Below, piece by piece: positions 58,342-64,000 of a stretch of DNA of 64,000 nucleotides (positions are counted from its first letter, which is position 1; each line of letters opens with the position of its first letter). Where the stretch lies: NCBI GenBank assembly GCA_964016885.1, contig CAXHJY010000427.1, positions 1 to 64,000 on the forward strand. Reading direction: 5' to 3'. Under the pieces are notes generated by a model. The model did no database searches. It saw only the letters and a list, made by a program, of their open reading frames with translations, and was not told the origin of the DNA. The position numbers were made by a program, and so were the translations under genes. Source of the stretch: Eledone cirrhosa (Eukaryota).

Positions 58342-59135
58342 AGCCCGGGACCCATGGATAACTTCCAGAGGTCCCTGGCCTGGCAATGCTACAGAAGGGC
58401 TCTGCCCGTTCGAGAAAGGCTCTACAGACACGGGCGCCCGGGTAGGGACCCATCGAAAAAGATCTGTCTCAGATGCGTGTGCGACGAGGAAACCGTTGCA
58501 CACGCATTGGTACACTGCTCGGGCGTAGCCGATCTGTGAGGCTATGTCGAACAACTGCTGTCAAGGGTGGGACCGATCCGGTTGACCACCGAGTCTATTG
58601 TAACGATCAAGCCGCCTCCCCTCTTCAAAAACTAAGGAGAGGCGGTGTTTCTGTGCGTAATAGCCATGGCGAAAGAGGTTGTATGGTGGACGCGTCTGAA
58701 AGGACTGAGGCCAGACACCTTTCTCTCTGGCCAACAACTGGTCCGTTTCTTCCGATATCATTTCGGAAGAAGGATCAGGATGGAGAGAGAGGTGCTGCAC
58801 CCCAGCCGTTTCTATGAAAGATGGCGAGAATGGCCCGTGTAAATGGGCCTTCACTCTACATCAGACTATAGGTGAGGAAGATGAAAGACCAAGGGAGCAC
58901 CCCTTCTCTGTGCTCCTGAGGAGAAGGGTTGCACACTTTTTTCGGGGGGGGTGTGCGACCCCCCAAGGCGCCTCCTCTCTATTGAGGATTTTGTTATAAA
59001 TTTTATTTTTGTTATATTTTATTTTATTTTTATATATTGTTATTGCCTCCTCCTTATTGAGGACGCCTTGTTTTGTAAACTCCCCCCATTGTACTTGTCC
59101 CACTTTTGATGCCCTGGTGGCAAATAAAAGAAACA
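58342..59135 (+). mobile_element. Second 5'-truncated copy of the same Tx1-type element
   Basis: Near-identical to 57438-58243, with in-frame stops and a short deletion; (CTAT)n on both sides. Confidence 0.92.
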
Positions 59136-59165
59136 TATCTATCTACCTATCTACCTATCTATCTG

Positions 59166-59545
59166 ATTCTTTTTTTCAAATACCACTTTGGAAGAAGAAT
59201 CAGGATGGAGAGAGAGGTGCTGTACCCCAGCAAGTTTTATGAAAGGTGGGTGAAAGTGGCGAGAATGGCCCGAGTGAATGGGTCTTCTCTCTATATCAGC
59301 CTGTAGGTTGAGGAAAAGGAGGAGGAGAGGAAAGGAGTACAAACTCTTCGTACTCCTGGAGATGAGGGTTGCACATTTTTTTCGGGGGTATGTGTTACCC
59401 ATATAAACTGTCTCCCCCTATTGGGGAAAAGCGACTAATTTTTTAAATTGCATTTGTGATAACATTTTACACGTTTTTATTATATGTAAACTTCCCCCTT
59501 TGTATTTGTCCCCTTCTTTTGTGCCCCTGTGGCTAATAAAGAAAT
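59166..59545 (+). mobile_element. Third Tx1-type 3' end, diverged subfamily
   Basis: FFKYHFGRRIRMEREVLYPSKFYERWVKVARMARVNG followed by a related but diverged 3' UTR ending AATAAAGAAA. Confidence 0.85.
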
Positions 59546-59567
59546 ATATCTATCTACCTATCTATCT

Positions 59568-59891
59568 ATGGGTGAAAGTGGCGAGAATGGCCCGTGTGAA
59601 TGGGCCTTCACTCTACATCAGACTATAGGTGAGGAAGATGAAAGACCAAGGGAGCACCCTCTCTCTGTGCTCCTGAGGAGAAGGGTTGCACACTTTTTTT
59701 CGGAGGTGTGTGCGACCCCCCAAGGCGCCTCCTCTCTATTGAGGATTTTGTTATAAATTTTATCTTGTTATATTTTATTTTATTTTTATATTTTGTTATT
59801 GCCTCCTCCTTATTGAGGACGCCTTGTTATGTAAACTCCCCCCATTGTACTTGTCCCACTTTTTGATGCCCTGGTGGCAAATAAAAAGAAA
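59568..59891 (+). mobile_element. Fourth Tx1-type 3' end
   Basis: Near-identical to 57918-58243; (CTAT)n on both sides. Confidence 0.9.
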
Positions 59892-60255
59892 GTTATCTAT
59901 CTATATGTCTGACTATCTATCTGTCTATTTATCTACCTCCCCATCTATCTATCAGCCTATCTTTCTATATATCTATCCAACTACCTACCCACCTATCTAC
60001 TCACGAATCTACCTATCTACCTACCAACCTACCAGCCTACCTACCTATCTACCAACCCACCTACCTACCTACCTACCTACCTACCTACCTACCTACCTAC
60101 CTACCTACCTACCTACCTATCTACCTACCTATCTACCTACCCACCTACCTACCAGCCTACCTACCCACCTACCTACCTACCTACCTACCTACCTACCTAC
60201 CTACCTACCTACCTACCTACCTACCCACCTACCTACCAGCCTACCAACCCATCTA
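59890..60255. repeat. (CTAT)n grading into (CTAC)n microsatellite
   Basis: Direct reading of the sequence. Confidence 0.9.
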
Positions 60256-60849
60256 CACGTCAACCCAATCTATCACCCTTCCAAAATACATACATACCTA
60301 CCCGAAACCTTAACCCTTTAAACACCAAACCCTTTAACTGTCAAGATGTGCCTATATCAAGTACACCCAGCCACTCCACCAAAATAAGCAGGCTTTAGGG
60401 ATCCGGTTGTATTATAATAATACCTGGGCTATTCACAGCCTAGGTGTACGTAAATATATGGGAGTGAACCCTTATTTCTATTTATTAACAGTTTTATTTA
60501 TACAGGGCGACGGGGAAGGGCATACATACGACCAACAGGAATGAGCTTCCACCTGGTTACTCGTACTGCTTGAAACAGCAGCCAAATCCTCCATACATCT
60601 CATCAATACTGACATTACTGTATTTAACAAACTGAAGGAAGCATTGGCAAAGGATTCTTAGCCAGCGTTAACATTAAATGGTTGTATATGATATGTGAAT
60701 GCGTGTGTGTGCGCGTGTGTATGTGTGTATATATATATATGTATGTAAATGTATTTTCAGTGTGGTCTACCCTTGGTGGTATATATATGTATGTATATGT
60801 ATATGTATATGTATATATATATGTATGTATATGTATATATATGTGTATC

Positions 60850-60964
<115 letters not shown>

Positions 60965-61142
60965 ATGTATATATAATATTATTTCATACGAATGAAACAG
61001 ATCTAGTCCTGTAGAAGCCATTTATATATTATATTTAGATGTTTTCACTCGACTAGTGTATTGAGTACCTTATTTACTGTGATTACCCCCGCTCTAGCTC
61101 GAAATCTATACACACACACACATATACACACATGTATACATT

Positions 61143-61250
<108 letters not shown>

Positions 61251-61634
61251 CACACATATTTATAGATATGTGTGTGTTATGTGTGTATAAAAGAAAGTGA
61301 AGGAGGGGGCGGGGGGCGGGGGTAAGTGTGAAACATACGATCAAGAAAAAACGTTCAAAACGTAAATGTAGAAAGTGGGTGTGGTGGTCATGGTAACAAC
61401 AGAGGCCGGTGGTGGGTGGGGAGAGAGGGCAGGGCCCTTGGCTATAGTAACAAGAGAGGCTGGGTGGGAGAGTGAGGGTAGGGCCCTTTAGAAAATATCT
61501 CCCCCAACAACAAATCAACCGGATGTGCATTGATGTAAAGTTACATTCATTCCAGATTGTTTGCTGTTGTTCCTGTGTAGAACTGGGTTAGTAGATCCTG
61601 CATGGCAAAATAGTAAGGGTTTCCCTTCGCAATC

Positions 61635-62298
61635 ATTAGATCCCAGATTCGGTCTTTGTTTAAGTCCCGTGTTCGGTCTTTGGTTAAGTCCCAGGTTCGG
61701 TCCTTGGTTAAGTCCCGTGTTCGGTCTTTGGTTAGGTCCCAGATTCGGTCCTTGGTTAAGTCCCGTGTTCGGTCCTCGGTTAGGTCCCAGGTTCGGTCCT
61801 TGGTTAGGTCCCGTGTTCGGTCTTTGGTTAGGTCCCGTGTTCGGTCCTTGGTTAAGTCCCGTGTTCGGTCTTTGGTTAGGTCCCAGGTTCGGTCCTTGGT
61901 TAAGTCCCGAGTTCGGTCTTTGGTTAGGTCCCAGGTTCGGTCCTTGGTTAAGTCCAGTGTTCGGTCTTTGGTTAGGTCCCAGGTTCGGTCCTTGGTTAAG
62001 TCCCGTGTTCGGTCTTTGGTTAGGTCCCGTGTTCGGTCCTTGGTTAAGTCCCGTGTTCGGTCTTTGGTTAGGTCCCAGGTTCGGTCCTTGGTTAAGTCCC
62101 GTGTTCGGTCCTTGGTTAGGTCCCGTGTTCGGTCCTCGGTTAGGTCCCAGGTTCGGTCCTTAGTTAAGTGCTTTTTTTTGTCCTGGGTGGGTTAGGTTCC
62201 GTGTTCTGTCCTGCTTAGGTCCAGGGTTCGGTCTTAGGTTAAGTCCCGTGTTCGGTCCTCGGTTAGGTCCCATGTTCGGTCCTCAGTTAGGCCCCGGG
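61635..62298 (+). repeat. 24-bp minisatellite, about 27 copies
   Basis: Unit GTTCGGTC(C/T)TTGGTTA(A/G)GTCCC(GT/AG); gives the PRFGPWLS repeat ORF. Confidence 0.95.
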
Positions 62299-62349
62299 TT
62301 ATTTCACCACTGTGTGGAATCTTGGGAAACTGTGTCATTTATAATAGCC

Positions 62350-62613
62350 TCGAGTCGACCCATGATTTGTAAGTGAAATTGGGTAGGCGGAAACTGTTTG
62401 GAAGCCCGTCAAGTGAACGGTTTCTGTAATTCAAAAAAAAGAAAAAACAAAAACAGCCAGCCTTGTCACAGATTGTGTCACGCCGAATCTCCCTGAGGGT
62501 TACATTAATACTACATGTGTCTGTGAAATACTCAGCCACATACATGTTAATTTCTCGAGCAAGCTGTTTCGTTGAACGAACAACTGGAACATTCATCGTC
62601 GAAACTAACGGAG
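62350..62613. repeat. Older interspersed repeat; related copy at about 23060-23192
   Basis: Shared attgtgtcacg..aatct, ttaattt c.cgag, atcgtcgaaa segments. Confidence 0.5.
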
Positions 62614-62993
62614 GCCCATTCCTAGAACTAGAACTAAGTTAACGAATGTAACAACCAATGTAACAATGGACAGATGCTGTCCATCAACACCAGGTGATAT
62701 CCATCTTAACTGTTCTACCTTTGGTATCCAGTTCTGTTCCATTCTGACTACGCAACCCTATCCACATGAGCCGCCGGTGCTATATTCTTTTAAGAACCAC
62801 TACACTATTGTAACCGGATTTACTGTACAGCTCCCTCCTGAGACTTTTTACACCCAGAGTTGGACCAGTAAATGTTCCAGATTTTCTTCATGCATCCATT
62901 GTGTAAAGTATTGAAGGTTCTTTATACCAGCGCTTTAGATTATTGCAATTATTGCTTTATGCCAGCGCTTTAGATTATTGCAATCACTATGAA

Positions 62994-63033
<40 letters not shown>

Positions 63034-63036
<3 letters not shown>

Positions 63037-63208
63037 CGAAGGAGGTGTGGTAAGGAACTAGATGGACCATAAGGCGCCAGAGTACTCAATACTTAGGGTA
63101 GTAGAGTGGGTAATAGGAAAATGTTTAACCCGGCTATTTCTGGACCCGAGTTCAGAAATAGCCATCGAAACGACTTTAGCTCTGCCGTCGGGGTTAAACA
63201 TTTTCCTA
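63034..63208 (-). mobile_element. Family A hairpin element (subfamily variant)
   Basis: Long arm ends ...ttaaccc then stem ggctatttctggac/gttcagaaatagcc, GAAAC...GTC ggggttaa. Confidence 0.8.
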
Positions 63209-63298
63209 TATATATATATATATATATACCTGATTAGCACATTGATCTTTAACGCATTTAGTAATGAATGAGTGTTATACATACTTCTATTGATCACC

Positions 63299-63337
<39 letters not shown>

Positions 63338-63340
<3 letters not shown>

Positions 63341-63495
63341 AGTAAGTAAGACCCCGACGGCTGAGCTCAAGCCGTTTCGACGGCTAATTCTGTACTGTCG
63401 GGGTCTTACTTACTCCTATTACCCACTCTACTACCCTAAGTATTGAGTACTTTGGTGCGTTATGGTCCACCTGGTTCCTTACCACTTTTCATTCG

Positions 63496-63497
<2 letters not shown>
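63338..63497 (+). mobile_element. Family A hairpin element
   Basis: Short inverted arm runs to stem II then jumps to gtcggggtc. Confidence 0.8.
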
Positions 63498-63529
<32 letters not shown>

Positions 63530-63568
63530 AATGAATAATAACAGGTAGACATCATAAAAAGGTAATTT

Positions 63569-63692
63569 ATTCTGTGTGCTTACAAATGTTTCCACGGTGG
63601 TTATACAGCCTAGTTATGCTATGTGCAAATTTATAACTATTTGCAAAACTCAATTATCAAATGCTGTGACCACTGTATCATCAGAGCAGAAT
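63569..63692 (-). ncRNA. Type I hammerhead ribozyme motif with very long stem II
   Basis: Minus strand: attctgct CTGATGA tacagtggt...accaccgtg GAAA CATTTG TA agca-ca-cagaat. Confidence 0.7.
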
Positions 63693-64000
63693 GGTTAAAA
63701 TGTACAATGTAAATACCCTTAATATATATACCTAATATATATATATATGATAATAATGGAGCTGCGGCGTTGCAAATGGGATACATATGAAAAAGTGAGT
63801 CCTTCATCAGTGACCCTCCAACCGTCCTCGGCATTTCATCGCTTTAAGGGCCATATGCCTCAGGTTGGTGCGAACAACGGCTAAAAAAAGTCGTTGGGAC
63901 ACGTAAATAAAGGGGGACGCTAGAGTAACAACAAAAGGGTTTAAGCAACGGAAAGTGAGTAGAAATAGACAAGTCCCAGATCTCTATGAATATAAACTCT

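Noticed and set aside
61561-62195. PRFGPWLS / VRSLVRS repeat proteins
   Set aside because: Open frames arise from a stop-free 24-bp minisatellite; no splice or start context.
61635-62298. CRISPR-like array
   Set aside because: Contiguous repeats with no unique spacers; eukaryotic DNA; no cas genes.
63760-63820. CTGATGA on the minus strand
   Set aside because: No GAAA or pairable stems downstream.

Overview
Eukaryotic, extremely microsatellite-rich DNA, very probably from an octopod cephalopod (inferred from many copies of a tRNA-derived SINE resembling the octopus/Ceph-SINE type). The only host gene is the 3' half of a tailless/TLX nuclear receptor (NR2E1) on the minus strand: four coding exons (52819-53042, 49363-49594, 44360-44509, 38200-38468) with canonical, phase-compatible GT-AG junctions; the DNA-binding-domain exons are not visible and probably lie beyond 64000. 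Almost all listed ORFs are simple-repeat artefacts. Recognisable mobile DNA: a 5'-truncated but uninterrupted Penelope-like element (RT + GIY-YIG), a stack of four Tx1/L1-clade insertions in (CTAT)n, R4/Dong-type insertions in (AAT)n, CRE-, RTE- and other RLE-type fragments, two tRNA-SINE families, hAT and Tc2/pogo-type MITEs, and a 24-bp minisatellite. The most striking signal: the short unique-looking islands between (TA)n tracts are several families of non-coding elements carrying type I hammerhead-ribozyme motifs (CUGANGA...GAAA-palindromic stem III-UH), found by eye as about ten complete or nearly complete cores and as many half-cores. Many are asymmetric fold-back hairpins whose inversion point sits in ribozyme stem II or exactly at the predicted self-cleavage site. 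All RNA structures were paired by hand; none was computed or tested.
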